From contig DASYUK010000484.1 of assembly GCA_036001325.1 (NCBI GenBank), forward strand, positions 1 through 52,988: DNA of 52,988 nucleotides, read 5' to 3'. The stretch is from Thermoanaerobaculia bacterium (lineage in GTDB: Bacteria; Acidobacteriota; Thermoanaerobaculia; Gp7-AA8). The notes beneath the pieces are model-generated. The model was not told the DNA's origin. It saw only the letters and a program-made list of their open reading frames with translations, and searched no databases. Both the position numbers and the translations under genes were made by a program. Within the stretch, counting starts at the first letter, position 1; each line of letters begins with the position of its first letter. Shown piece by piece: positions 1 to 11,284 of the stretch.

Positions 1-75
1 CTGTTCGTCAGATTCGCCGATCAGAGTGCGCGTCTTGAAAGGACTCGCCCACTCGCGCGACGCAACCGTTCACTT

Positions 76-1155
76 TTAGTCGCGCGCGATCCATCCGCCG
101 CCGAGACAGAGGTCGTCCTGGTAGAAGACGACGGCCTGGCCGGGGGCGATGGCGCGCAGCTTATGCGCGAATGTGACTCGAGCGCGATCGCCGTCGAGCG
201 GTGTGACCGTCGCGGCAACATCCGCCTGACGCGAACGCACACGCGCCGCGACCTCGATCGGTCCGCGCGGCATTTCGCCGACGATCCAATGGACGCGCTC
301 GGCGATCAGCTCACTCTTCTCCAACGCTGATGCCGGACCGACGGTCACGCGCTTCGTAAACGGATTCACGTCGACGACGTACGTGCGCTCCACGGTTCCA
401 CCGATCTGGAGACCGCGGCGCTGGCCGATCGTGAAGTGGTAATAGCCGTCGTGACGACCGATGACGTTGCCGTCGACATCGACGATCTCGCCGGCGCCTT
501 CGCCAGGGGTGATGCCGGCCTCGCGCTCGACGATCGCCGGATAGCCGTCCCGCTGCGGCACAAAGCAGATCTCGTACGACTCTTTCTTGCGGGCCACCGA
601 CAGTCCGCCCTGCTCCGCGATCGCGCGCACTTCCGGCTTCGTCAGCTCGCCCAGCGGAAACATCGCATCGCGAAGCTGCTGCTGCGTCAGCTCGAAAAGA
701 AAGTACGACTGATCCTTCGCGAGGTCCTTCGCCTTGCGCAGCTCCAGCGTTCCGTTGTGACGCGTGATTCGCGCGTAGTGGCCGGTAGCGATTCGTTCTG
801 CGCCGATCGCCACAGCCTTCTGATGAAACAGATCGAACTTCACGTGCGTGTTGCAGAGGACGCACGGACTGGGAGTTGTCCCGCTGAGATAGGACTGCAC
901 GAACGGCTTGATCACCTTGTCGTGAAAGTTCGCCTCGAGATTGAGCGTGAAATGCGGGATGCCGAGCTTCCACGCCACCTGCTTCGCGTCGGCGAGGTCG
1001 TCGATGGTGCAGCATCCGCCATACGTCGAGTCCGCGGTCTTGAGGTTGTCGTACATCTGCATCGACAGACCGATGACCTCGTGTCCGGCGGACTTGAGCA
1101 TGTACGCGGCCGTCGAAGAATCGACGCCGCCCGACATCGCCACTGCAATCTTCAC
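76..1155 (-). CDS. mnmA: tRNA-specific 2-thiouridylase MnmA
   Basis: PP-loop AMSGGVDS, PCVLCN, IATGHYA, KDQSYFL, ESYEICF, TIGQRRGL and PGQAVVFY motifs. Start set at GTG 1155 (MKIAVAM); the ORF track TTG at 1167 is an alternative. Confidence 0.97.
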   Translation of the reverse strand: MKIAVAMSGGVDSSTAAYMLKSAGHEVIGLSMQMYDNLKTADSTYGGCCTIDDLADAKQVAWKLGIPHFTLNLEANFHDKVIKPFVQSYLSGTTPSPCVLCNTHVKFDLFHQKAVAIGAERIATGHYARITRHNGTLELRKAKDLAKDQSYFLFELTQQQLRDAMFPLGELTKPEVRAIAEQGGLSVARKKESYEICFVPQRDGYPAIVEREAGITPGEGAGEIVDVDGNVIGRHDGYYHFTIGQRRGLQIGGTVERTYVVDVNPFTKRVTVGPASALEKSELIAERVHWIVGEMPRGPIEVAARVRSRQADVAATVTPLDGDRARVTFAHKLRAIAPGQAVVFYQDDLCLGGGWIARD

Positions 1156-1203
1156 GGCTTCGAACAATGAAGGGAGGCAAAAGAGAATTCCCGTGTTCCG
1201 ACC

Positions 1204-1276
1204 TTGGTCGTTGGTCGTTAGTCGTTGGTCGCGACACGAAGCCGAACGACGAACGACCAGGGACTAACGACCAACG
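1204..1276. repeat. Palindromic intergenic repeat with tandem heptamer arms (family A, TTGGTCG variant)
   Basis: TTGGTCG-TTGGTCG-TTAGTCG-TTGGTCG at 1204-1231. Perfect 15-bp inverted repeat: CGTTGGTCGTTAGTC (1209-1223) / GACTAACGACCAACG (1262-1276). Confidence 0.85.
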
Positions 1277-1311
1277 TCGGGGCACTCGTTGTGCATGCCA
1301 AATCCGGCGAA

Positions 1312-1713
1312 GTGGTCCAGCAAACGCCAGCACCAACCCATGCACGCGCGAGCCGTGTCCTCGTCGTCGACGACGACCCGGCCATACGTCGGTTGATCAT
1401 CGCCGCGTTGAAGCGCGACGGCTACGGGTTCCTCGAAGCGGCGAACGGACGGGAGGCGCTCGATCTGATGCGCAGCGAGCAGCCCGCCATCGTCGTTCTC
1501 GATCTGATGATGCCGGTGGTCTCCGGTTGGGACGTCCTCCAGGAACGCCTCGGCGATCCGATGCTTTCGAAGATCCCGGTGATCATCGTCAGTGCGAATC
1601 GCGAGCCCGAGCTGGTGCACGCGATCGACAAAGGCATCTGCGCGTTTCTGCCGAAGCCGTTCGACATCACCGCGCTCACCGCGCTCGTGCGGGCGTGCGT
1701 AGCGCGGGGGTAA
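1312..1713 (+). CDS. Single-domain response regulator (CheY-like receiver)
   Basis: [15 protein letters not shown] (phosphoacceptor Asp), IIVSA and FLPKPF motifs; no output domain. The start is uncertain: the ORF track N-terminus runs through the repeat, so GTG 1312 was chosen. Confidence 0.88.
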   Translation: MVQQTPAPTHARASRVLVVDDDPAIRRLIIAALKRDGYGFLEAANGREALDLMRSEQPAIVVLDLMMPVVSGWDVLQERLGDPMLSKIPVIIVSANREPELVHAIDKGICAFLPKPFDITALTALVRACVARG

Positions 1714-3970
1714 AACCGGCCTCCTGCGCATCCAGCACGGCGATCGCCGCCATGTTGACGATGTCGTTGACATCGACACCGCGCTGCAGTACATGCACCG
1801 GCTTCGACAATCCCTGCAGGATCGGCCCGATCACTTCGGCTCCGGCAACGCGCCACAGCAATTTGTACGCGGCGTTCGCGGCGTCGAGATTGGGGAAGAC
1901 CAAAACGTTTGCGTCGCCTTGAATCGCGCTCCACGGATACTCATCCCGCGCGATCTCCGGATAGACCGCGGTGTCGGCCTGCATCTCCCCCTCCACGATC
2001 AGATCGGGACGTCGTTCCTTGAGAATCTGCACGGCGGCGGCGACCTTCTCCGCCTCCGGATGCTTGGTCGAGCCGAAATTCGAGAACGACACCATGGCGA
2101 TGCGCGGCTCGAGGTTGAAGCGCTTGGCCGTCTCCGCGGTCAGCAACGCGATCTCGGCGAGTTGCTCGGCCGTCGGATCGATGTTGACGGTCGTGTCGGC
2201 GAGCACGAGCATGCGATTCTTGAACATCAGCAGATAGGCGCCGGAGACATGCTTCACTCCCGGCTTTGTTTTCACGATTTGCAGCGCGGGGCGAATCGTC
2301 GCCGGATAGTACGCGCGCAATCCGGCGATCACGCCGTCGGCGTCGCCGCACTCGATCATCATCATGGCGAAGTAATTTCGACTTTTGACGACTCGCTTGG
2401 CGTCCGGAAGAGTGATGCCGTGGCGGCGGCGCAGATCGGCGAAGCGCTGCGCGTAGTCATCGAACTTCGGCGAACAGCTCACGTCGATGGTTGTGACTTT
2501 CGACGCGTCGATGTTGTATTCCTCGAGCAGGCCGGCGATCTCTTCACGACGCACGAGAAGAATCGGATGAGCGATGCCCTCTTCGATGAGGATCTTCGCC
2601 GCGCGGATGATCTTTTCCTGGTCACCTTCCGGAAAGACGATGCGCTTCGGGTTCTGGCGCGCCCGTGAGTAGATGTCGTGCATCAATCCGCGCGAGCGGC
2701 CGAGCATGTGCTCGAGCTTGTGGCGATATGCCTCGTAATCGGCGATCGGTTGCTGTGCGACGCCGCTTTCCGCTGCCGCTTTCGCTACCGCGACCGGCAC
2801 GGTCAGCAGGACGCGATAGTCGAACGGCTTCGGGATCAGATACTCGCGGCCGAACTCGAATCGCTCCTTCGCGTACGCGCGCAACACCGAGTCGGGCACA
2901 TCCTCTTTGGCGAGATCGGCGAGCGCCTTCGACGCGGCCAGTTTCATCTCCTCATTGATCGTCGTGGCCCGGCAATCGAGGGCGCCGCGGAAGATGAATG
3001 GAAATCCGAGGACGTTGTTGACCTGGTTCGGGTAATCGGAACGCCCCGTGGCCATGATCACATCCGGCCGAGCACTCACTGCGTCGTCGTACGTGATCTC
3101 CGGGTCGGGATTGGCCATGGCGAAGACGATCGGGTCTTTGGCCATCGAGCGGACCATGTCCGGCGTGACGATCCCGCCGACCGATAGACCGATCAAGATA
3201 TCCGCCCCTTTCACCGCATCGGCCAGCGTGCGCGCCTTCGTCTCGGCCGCGAATTCCTGCTTGTACGGCGTCATGTCCTCGACGCGGCCCTTGTAGATCA
3301 CGCCCTTGCGATCGACGAGGAGAACGTTCTCCTTCTTCAGGCCGAGCTTGATGTAGAGGCGCAGGCAGGCCAGCGCTGCGGCCCCGGCGCCGGAGATGAC
3401 TAGCTTTACTTTGCCGATCTTCTTGCCGGCGATCTCGAGAGCGTTTACGAGCGCCGCTGCGGAGATGATCGCCGTCCCGTGCTGATCGTCGTGGAAGACG
3501 GGGATGTTCATCTCCTTCCTCAGTCGCTCTTCGATGACGAAGCACTCCGGTGATGCGATGTCTTCGAGATTGATCCCGCCAAATGTCGGCTCGAGGAGCT
3601 TGACGCAGCGGATGAAATCTTCGGTGTCGTGCGTGTTGATCTCGATGTCGAAGACATCGATATCGGCGAAGCGCTTGAAGAGGACGCCCTTCCCCTCCAT
3701 CACCGGCTTTCCGGCGGCAGCGCCGATGTCGCCCAGGCCGAGAACGGCGGTGCCGTTCGTGATGACGGCGACGAGATTGCCCTTGGCGGTGTACTTGTAG
3801 ACGTCGGCGGGATTCTTCGCGATCTCGAGGCAGGGCCGCGCGACACCCGGCGTGTAGGCAAGCGAAAGGTCGCGCTGCGTGGCGGTCGGCTTACTGGGAA
3901 TGACTTCGATCTTTCCCGGCCGCCCGCCGGAGTGGTACTCGAGTGACTCGCTGCCGAAGTCTTTGGCCAT
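1676..3970 (-). CDS. maeB: NADP-dependent malic enzyme with C-terminal phosphotransacetylase-like domain
   Basis: [52 protein letters not shown], then RIVFPEG and [12 protein letters not shown]. Start ATG 3970 ([13 protein letters not shown]). Confidence 0.96.
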   Translation of the reverse strand: MAKDFGSESLEYHSGGRPGKIEVIPSKPTATQRDLSLAYTPGVARPCLEIAKNPADVYKYTAKGNLVAVITNGTAVLGLGDIGAAAGKPVMEGKGVLFKRFADIDVFDIEINTHDTEDFIRCVKLLEPTFGGINLEDIASPECFVIEERLRKEMNIPVFHDDQHGTAIISAAALVNALEIAGKKIGKVKLVISGAGAAALACLRLYIKLGLKKENVLLVDRKGVIYKGRVEDMTPYKQEFAAETKARTLADAVKGADILIGLSVGGIVTPDMVRSMAKDPIVFAMANPDPEITYDDAVSARPDVIMATGRSDYPNQVNNVLGFPFIFRGALDCRATTINEEMKLAASKALADLAKEDVPDSVLRAYAKERFEFGREYLIPKPFDYRVLLTVPVAVAKAAAESGVAQQPIADYEAYRHKLEHMLGRSRGLMHDIYSRARQNPKRIVFPEGDQEKIIRAAKILIEEGIAHPILLVRREEIAGLLEEYNIDASKVTTIDVSCSPKFDDYAQRFADLRRRHGITLPDAKRVVKSRNYFAMMMIECGDADGVIAGLRAYYPATIRPALQIVKTKPGVKHVSGAYLLMFKNRMLVLADTTVNIDPTAEQLAEIALLTAETAKRFNLEPRIAMVSFSNFGSTKHPEAEKVAAAVQILKERRPDLIVEGEMQADTAVYPEIARDEYPWSAIQGDANVLVFPNLDAANAAYKLLWRVAGAEVIGPILQGLSKPVHVLQRGVDVNDIVNMAAIAVLDAQEAGFTPALRTPARAR

Positions 3971-4002
3971 CGGGAGCGAATCGTATAGCAAACATCGGAG
4001 TG

Positions 4003-4112
4003 CCCTCTCCCGCCGGGAGAGGGTGGCCCCGAGCGCAGCGAGGGGCCGGGTGAGGGGCGAGCATCACGCCCCTCATCCGGCCTTCGGCCACCTTCTCCCG
4101 CGGGGAGAAGGG
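4003..4112. repeat. REP-like composite palindrome (family B)
   Basis: CCCTCTCCC-gcc-GGGAGAGGG hairpin, then GGGTGAGGGG...CCCCTCATCC, then CCTTCTCCC-gcg-GGGAGAAGG. Shares a 33-nt exact block with the copy at 38826-38915. Confidence 0.88.
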
Positions 4113-5315
4113 TTAGCTCGCTTTTCTCTTCCTCGCCGGCTGCGTCGCCTCGCGCATGTCGCTGCGCAGAGGCGAAGTCGCCACGGCGCGCTTCCGTCCC
4201 GTGAGTTTCTCCCACCACAGAGCCACGGCCGGAACGATCGAGATCGTCGAATACGTGCCGGAGACGACGCCGATCATCAGGATCCAGGCGAAGCCGCGAA
4301 TGACGTTGCCGCCGAACGCGATCAGCGCCACCAGGACGAGGAAGACCGTGCCGCTCGTCAGAATCGTTCGCGACAGCGTCTGGTTCATCGCCAGATTCAG
4401 CTCTTCGGCGAGCGTCATCGGCTTCTTGATCTTGCGGCGATTCTCGCGGACACGGTCATACATGACGACCGTGTCATTGATCGAGTAGCCGACGATCGTG
4501 AGCAGCGCAGCCACGATGTTCAGCGAAAACTCGAGCTTCATCATCATCAGGAACGCGAGCGATACGAGAACGTCATGGACGATGCAGGCCACTGCGCTGA
4601 CGCCGAACATCACGTCGAAGCGCAGACTGATGTACACGCCCATCGCGATCGCCGAAAGAACGATCGCCCACAGCGCTTTCTGCTGCAGCTCCTTGCCGAC
4701 TTGCGGTCCGACCGTCTCCTGATTGAGAACGTTGAAGCGGCCGAGGGTGCACTTCTGATTGAGAACGGCTGCATCGCGAGTGGTCGTGCCGGCGACGCTT
4801 GTCACCTGCTGCATCGACGTGAAGATGCCCAGCTCCGATCGCTTCGCGATGATCCGATCGGCGAGATCCCTGTAATAGCGCTGCGCATCGACGTTGGTCC
4901 CTTTGGCGTCGGGATCGGACTGTTGGAGCAGCCCAAACAATCGATCGCTGCCGTAGTAATTGATGTCGAGCTTCTCAGCGGATTCCGGATTGAGCTTCAT
5001 GTGAAGCTGCGCCACGACGTTGCCTGCGTAGTCGCCTTCGCGATGAAGCTGCGGCAACCGGATCAGCACGGAACGCTCTTCGGCCTTGCCGTACTGCTGG
5101 ATGGTCGCATCGGGAAGCTGCCCGCGAAGCGTCGGCAGAGGAACCTGATCGCGGAACTTCAGGATGATGTTCGCGCCGCCCGAGAAGTCGATGCCGAGAT
5201 CGATGCCCTTGGTGAAGAAGATGACGGCACCGACGGCGATGAACAGGACCGAGAAGGCGAACCAGTAGAGGCGCCAGCGGACGAAGTTGTAATTCGGATT
5301 GACAAAAATCTGCAT
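4113..5315 (-). CDS. secF: Protein translocase subunit SecF (with periplasmic insertion)
   Basis: LGIDFSGG, ETVGPQVGKEL, HDVLV, LTIVGYSINDTVVMYDRVREN and QTLSRTILTS motifs; lies directly downstream of secD. Confidence 0.96.
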   Translation of the reverse strand: MQIFVNPNYNFVRWRLYWFAFSVLFIAVGAVIFFTKGIDLGIDFSGGANIILKFRDQVPLPTLRGQLPDATIQQYGKAEERSVLIRLPQLHREGDYAGNVVAQLHMKLNPESAEKLDINYYGSDRLFGLLQQSDPDAKGTNVDAQRYYRDLADRIIAKRSELGIFTSMQQVTSVAGTTTRDAAVLNQKCTLGRFNVLNQETVGPQVGKELQQKALWAIVLSAIAMGVYISLRFDVMFGVSAVACIVHDVLVSLAFLMMMKLEFSLNIVAALLTIVGYSINDTVVMYDRVRENRRKIKKPMTLAEELNLAMNQTLSRTILTSGTVFLVLVALIAFGGNVIRGFAWILMIGVVSGTYSTISIVPAVALWWEKLTGRKRAVATSPLRSDMREATQPARKRKAS

Positions 5316-5323
5316 GGTGACTC

Positions 5324-6892
5324 CTAGATGCTGATCGCCTGCGGACGCTCGGTCGCGCTGTAAACGATGTCGAAGATCATCCGCGACACGAAGAACGCTG
5401 TGAAGACGGATGCGCCAAGACCGATGAGCAGCGTCACGGCGAAGCCTTTGATCGGTCCCGTTCCGAACTGAAAGAGGAAGAGGGCCGCGATGATCGTCGT
5501 GAGGTGCGTGTCGATGACCGTGGCGAACGCGCGCGAGAAGCCGTTCTCGATCGCGGCGCGCACGGTCTTTCCTTCGCGCAGCTCTTCCCGGATGCGCTCG
5601 AACACGAGAACGTTCGAGTCGACGGCCATACCGAGAGTCAGGATGATGCCGGCGATACCCGGCAACGTGAGCGTGGCTTTGAAGTACGCCATCATGCCCA
5701 GAAGGATCACGAGGTTCAGCAACAGTGCCAGCACAGCGTTGACACCGGCGCCCTTGTAGTAGAGCAGGACCGCGGCGATCAGCAGAACGAAGCCGATGAT
5801 CGACGCCATCACTCCCTGGCGGATGGAGTCGCGGCCGAGCGACGGTCCGACGGTTCTCTCTTCGAGAGTCGTCAACGACGCCGGGAGCGAGCCGCTGCGG
5901 AGAATCAGCGCGAGGTCGCTCGCTTGCTGATTCGTGAAGCTGCCTTCGATCACGCCCTGATCGGTGATCTGGCTGTTGATTCGAGGAGCGGAAACGACGC
6001 GGTTGTCGAGGACGATGGCCAGCCGGCGGCCGACGTTCGCTCCGGTGAGGGCACCGAACTTCGGCGCGCCGTCGGGAGTGAGCGAAAAGCCGATGACCGG
6101 CTCGCCGAGGCGCCCCTTCTGCACGCGCGCGGTCTTGAGATCGCGGCCGCTGACCGGAACGGTCTTGTTCACGGCGTAGTACTCGACGCCGGCGGCGCGG
6201 CCCAACTCATCCTCGCGAGTTCCGGCAAGGATGTCGACGTCGTTCTTCAAATTCGCCGGAAGCGAGCTCTCGATGGTCTTCGGATCGGCAGCGGGATTGC
6301 CTTCGACCATCCGGAACTGGAGTTGCGCCGTGGTCTTGATGATGTCTTTCACGCGCGCCGGATCGTCGACGCCGGGAAGCTGGATGACGATGCGATCCTC
6401 GCCCTGTGGAGCGATGATCGGCTCGGTCACACCGAGGGCGTTGACGCGATTGTCGATCGTCTCGACGGCCTGACTGACGGTGTCATGCCGGAGCTGTGTG
6501 ATCGCCGCGGGCTTCATCCTGAAGACGAGGGAGCCGTCGGCAGCGTGCGACTGATCGAACGTGACCAGATAGTCCTTGCCGATGCGTTCGTATTCCGCCG
6601 TGGAGACGCCCGCCGGCGGCACGGCGACGAATGACGAATCGCTCGTGCGGCGCACAGTCGGAGTCGGCAGCTTGTTGTTCACCGCTTGCGTCTTGAGCAT
6701 CTCCATCGCCTGATCGACTTCCAGACGCATGGCGTCACCGATGTTCACGCGCATGACCAGATGCGTCCCGCCCTTGAGGTCGAGACCGCGCCGGATCGGC
6801 TCGGGATTGTTCTTGGTCGGGATCAGGCCGGCCGAAAACAGCACCAGCACGGCGACGATGAGCCCAACTTTCCAAATGACACTTCTGTTCAA
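5324..6892 (-). CDS. secD: Protein translocase subunit SecD
   Basis: GLDLKGG, RVNALGVTEP, IQLPG, LAIVLD, LRSGSLP, LTLPGIAG, GMAVDSNVLVFERIREE and IKGFAVTL motifs; TTG start with GGAGG upstream. Confidence 0.97.
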   Translation of the reverse strand: MNRSVIWKVGLIVAVLVLFSAGLIPTKNNPEPIRRGLDLKGGTHLVMRVNIGDAMRLEVDQAMEMLKTQAVNNKLPTPTVRRTSDSSFVAVPPAGVSTAEYERIGKDYLVTFDQSHAADGSLVFRMKPAAITQLRHDTVSQAVETIDNRVNALGVTEPIIAPQGEDRIVIQLPGVDDPARVKDIIKTTAQLQFRMVEGNPAADPKTIESSLPANLKNDVDILAGTREDELGRAAGVEYYAVNKTVPVSGRDLKTARVQKGRLGEPVIGFSLTPDGAPKFGALTGANVGRRLAIVLDNRVVSAPRINSQITDQGVIEGSFTNQQASDLALILRSGSLPASLTTLEERTVGPSLGRDSIRQGVMASIIGFVLLIAAVLLYYKGAGVNAVLALLLNLVILLGMMAYFKATLTLPGIAGIILTLGMAVDSNVLVFERIREELREGKTVRAAIENGFSRAFATVIDTHLTTIIAALFLFQFGTGPIKGFAVTLLIGLGASVFTAFFVSRMIFDIVYSATERPQAISI

Positions 6893-6920
6893 GATTTCCT
6901 CCGGAGTAGCAGGCAGCGCT

Positions 6921-8359
<1,439 letters not shown>

Positions 8360-9040
8360 CTACTGAATCTTCATCTGCTCGACCTTCACGTTGGCCGGAA
8401 GGCTGAGCGTGAATCGCCCCTGCTCGATCGGCTGATTCACCTTGATTTTCGTGAACTCATAGCGGGTGATGTCGCCGTCGCTTTCGACATACTCGAATTT
8501 CGAAGTGAGGTAGGTGTCCTTCTCGATCCAAATCCGGATGTGCTTCACGCGCCTGGCCACGGCCCGGCTTTTCGGACTCAGATCGAGGACCCAATAGGGA
8601 CTCGTCGACGTGTCGGTGAAGGTGAAATCGAAGTAGCGCGACAGTTCATCGATCGCGCCGGAGGCGCCCATGTATTTGAAGATGCGATCCTCGAAGCGCT
8701 TGACGTCGATGCGCTCGACCTTGTTCAGGTCGGGGTAATACGTCGTCAGCACACCGCCGGAGATGAGCATCTGCACGCGCTTCGGAGCGTCGTACGACCA
8801 GAGCACATTGTTCGGCTTCGAAAACACGAACGTCCCCGTGGAAACCTCAGGCTTCGACAGGAGCGCCAATTCTTTCCCCTGCTTGAAGTCGGCCTGCAGT
8901 GTTTGCGTCTTCCGCTGCTGTTGCTGAACCCTCTTGATGACCGACTCGAGCGTGACCGGCGCCGGTTTGCTCGCCGCCGACAGAGACGTGGCGATCGCTG
9001 TAGCGCAAACCGCGGCCGTGATGAACTTCACTTTGGACAT
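8360..9040 (-). CDS. lolA: Outer-membrane lipoprotein carrier protein LolA family
   Basis: Signal peptide (MSKVKFITAAVCATAIATSLSA), LQADFKQ, GTFVFSKPNNVLWSY and a C-terminal FTLSLP pattern. Start ATG 9040. Confidence 0.8.
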   Translation of the reverse strand: MSKVKFITAAVCATAIATSLSAASKPAPVTLESVIKRVQQQQRKTQTLQADFKQGKELALLSKPEVSTGTFVFSKPNNVLWSYDAPKRVQMLISGGVLTTYYPDLNKVERIDVKRFEDRIFKYMGASGAIDELSRYFDFTFTDTSTSPYWVLDLSPKSRAVARRVKHIRIWIEKDTYLTSKFEYVESDGDITRYEFTKIKVNQPIEQGRFTLSLPANVKVEQMKIQ

Positions 9041-9117
9041 GGCTTGGGAAGAACGCCCTCCCTCAGGGCGAAATTTCGAGGAGAGCGTGTATACTCCAGA
9101 TAAAGCCGAGGTTAGCA

Positions 9118-9951
9118 ATGAAAAGAAACGTGATGGGCGGTGTGGCGGCGCTCCTGCTGACGGGGCATGCGGCCTTTGCGGCGGTTCAATACGAATACTT
9201 CCAGACGAGCCGGTCTGAACTTCAGGATGAGAAGTCGTCGGACTTCAATGCGCGCGCCGTGATCGATGGCTCGCGCTCGCGCGTCGAGTTCATCTCCGGT
9301 AATACCTATCCGCCGGGAACCTATGTCATCTCGACCGACGCCGCTCGCAAACTGTTGTTCGTCGATCCGACGCAGAAGACCTACACCGAAGTGAACAGCC
9401 TCGCCATCGCCAGCGCGGTCGGCACGAGCAACATCACCATCGGCGACCTCTTGTCGTCGGTGACGAAGCTGGACGATGCGAAAGTCATCGCCGGGATCCC
9501 CACGGATCACTACCGGCTGACGATGACCTACAACATCACGATCAATTTCCGGAACATGGCGCTCAAACAGTCGGTGCGGACGACGATCGACAAGTGGACG
9601 ACCGTGCGCTTTGGCGACGCGGCCGAGGCGGCGTTCTCGAACACCATCCAGACCGGCAACGCCAAGGTCGATGAATTAATCGCTGCAGAGACGACGAAGA
9701 TCAGAGGATTCCCGCTTCGGCAGACCATTCAAGTGGTGACCATCAACGAGACGGGACCGCAACCGGTCGGGACGAAACTGGCGCTCCCCGCTTCGCGCAC
9801 GATGAGCCGCGAGATGACCGTCACGGCCATCGGCGAAGCCAAAGCAGATGATTCGCTGTTCAGGATTCCCGCCGAGTATCGCAAGATCGATTTCGCCGAT
9901 CAGATCAACAAATCGCAGACCCAGGTCTTGACACCACCGTCGAATCAATGA
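9118..9951 (+). CDS. Exported protein, DUF4412-like
   Basis: Signal peptide; DPTQKTY and KVIAGIPTDHY patterns and a C-terminal LFRIPAEY resemble DUF4412 proteins; coupled to the next gene by an ATGA overlap. Confidence 0.6.
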   Translation: MKRNVMGGVAALLLTGHAAFAAVQYEYFQTSRSELQDEKSSDFNARAVIDGSRSRVEFISGNTYPPGTYVISTDAARKLLFVDPTQKTYTEVNSLAIASAVGTSNITIGDLLSSVTKLDDAKVIAGIPTDHYRLTMTYNITINFRNMALKQSVRTTIDKWTTVRFGDAAEAAFSNTIQTGNAKVDELIAAETTKIRGFPLRQTIQVVTINETGPQPVGTKLALPASRTMSREMTVTAIGEAKADDSLFRIPAEYRKIDFADQINKSQTQVLTPPSNQ

Positions 9952-11267
9952 AACGCCAGGGCGATCTCCGGCGTGAAGCGAGGCGGAAGCGGCGAACCAT
10001 TGTTGCCGCTGCTCTTCCGATCGCCATCCCACTGATCCTCGCCGCGGTCGCGATCGAGCCGTCATCGGCCCCGACGATCATGCGCGCATCGACCGTTGCG
10101 CCGTCGCTTCGATATGCCGATCTCGGTCCGCAGCGCGGCAGCGAACTGCCGCAGCATTCGGTGATCCTCACCATTGAAGAGGATGACACGCTCGACGACG
10201 TGCTCGTCGCGGGCGGATTGTCGCGGCGCGACAGCGCGCTTCTGACCATCGACTTCGGCCGTTCCATCGATCTCCGGCGGATCCGCCCTGGTAATCTCCT
10301 GCGCTTCCATTACGGGGAGCGCGGCGATGTCGACGCCGTGCAGTTGCGCGTGACCGGTTGGGGATCGGTCGACGCCGAGCGCCGCGATCACGGCACGTTC
10401 ATCGTCACTCCGCGCCCGGCGCGCCAGCTCTCGATCAACACGATCGTCTCGGCCGAGATCGATTCATCGCTCTACGAGGCGCTTCGCAACGCGGGTGAAC
10501 AGCCCCAGCTCGTGCAGCAGCTCGTCGACATTTTTCAATGGGACATCGATTTCTTCTCGCTGCAAAAACGCGACTCCTTCAGCGTCGTCGTACAGAAAAA
10601 GTTCTCGGGCCCCGATCTCGTCGGCTACGGACCGGTGTTGGCGGCCCGATTCATTCATGAGGGCAACACTTACGAAGCGTTCCGGCACGAGCTTCCCAAC
10701 GGCACGGCCGGCTACTACGCGCGCAACGCCACGCCGCTCCGCAAGCAATTCCTCAAAGCGCCACTGCAGTTCACGCGGATCACCTCGGGCTTCTCGAAGC
10801 GCCGCTTTCATCCCGTGCTCCACTACTTCAGGCCGCATCATGGCGTCGATTACGGCGCGCCCGTGGGAACGCCGGTGATGACGACCGCTGATGGCGTGGT
10901 CATTCAGACCGGCTACAGCCGCAGCGAGGGAAACTTCATCCGCATCCGTCACACGTCGCGCATCGAGACGATGTATCTGCACCTCTCGCGATTCGCGAAA
11001 ACGATTCGTCGCGGTGCACGCGTCACGCAGGGCAATGTGATCGGCTACGTCGGCGCAACGGGTCTCGTGACAGGACCGCATCTCGACTATCGCGTCAGCG
11101 ACGGCGGCAAATGGCTCGATCCGTTGAAGCTGAAGTCGATTACTCCCGATCCATTGCACGGCGAATCGCTTCACCGTTATAAAAACAGTGTCGCCGCGCT
11201 ACTTCCGCGACTATCATCCGGACCGCAGCAGCTCGCGCAGATGCATAAACGCCGGGCGCTGTTTTAG
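9948..11267 (+). CDS. M23 family metallopeptidase (MepM-like)
   Basis: N-terminal TM anchor; RITSGF, RPHHGVDYGAPVGTPV, YLHLS and TGPHLDYR motifs. Confidence 0.92.
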   Translation: MKRQGDLRREARRKRRTIVAAALPIAIPLILAAVAIEPSSAPTIMRASTVAPSLRYADLGPQRGSELPQHSVILTIEEDDTLDDVLVAGGLSRRDSALLTIDFGRSIDLRRIRPGNLLRFHYGERGDVDAVQLRVTGWGSVDAERRDHGTFIVTPRPARQLSINTIVSAEIDSSLYEALRNAGEQPQLVQQLVDIFQWDIDFFSLQKRDSFSVVVQKKFSGPDLVGYGPVLAARFIHEGNTYEAFRHELPNGTAGYYARNATPLRKQFLKAPLQFTRITSGFSKRRFHPVLHYFRPHHGVDYGAPVGTPVMTTADGVVIQTGYSRSEGNFIRIRHTSRIETMYLHLSRFAKTIRRGARVTQGNVIGYVGATGLVTGPHLDYRVSDGGKWLDPLKLKSITPDPLHGESLHRYKNSVAALLPRLSSGPQQLAQMHKRRALF

Positions 11268-11284
11268 CAGTCACGGGTCCCTAA

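Noticed and set aside
1-75. Possible partial gene at the left window edge
   Set aside because: Too short to assign a frame or product.
1225-1311. ORF-track N-terminal extension of the response regulator and trmFO (13647-13703)
   Set aside because: These extensions are translations of the heptamer repeats (TTNDQ, TTYDLRP), not protein-like sequence.
3879-5327. Long antisense ORFs (e.g. 3879-5327+, 5504-6634+, 15373-16887+, 16764-17897+, 38877-40319-)
   Set aside because: Shadow frames opposite well-supported genes, expected in GC-rich DNA; no recognisable motifs.
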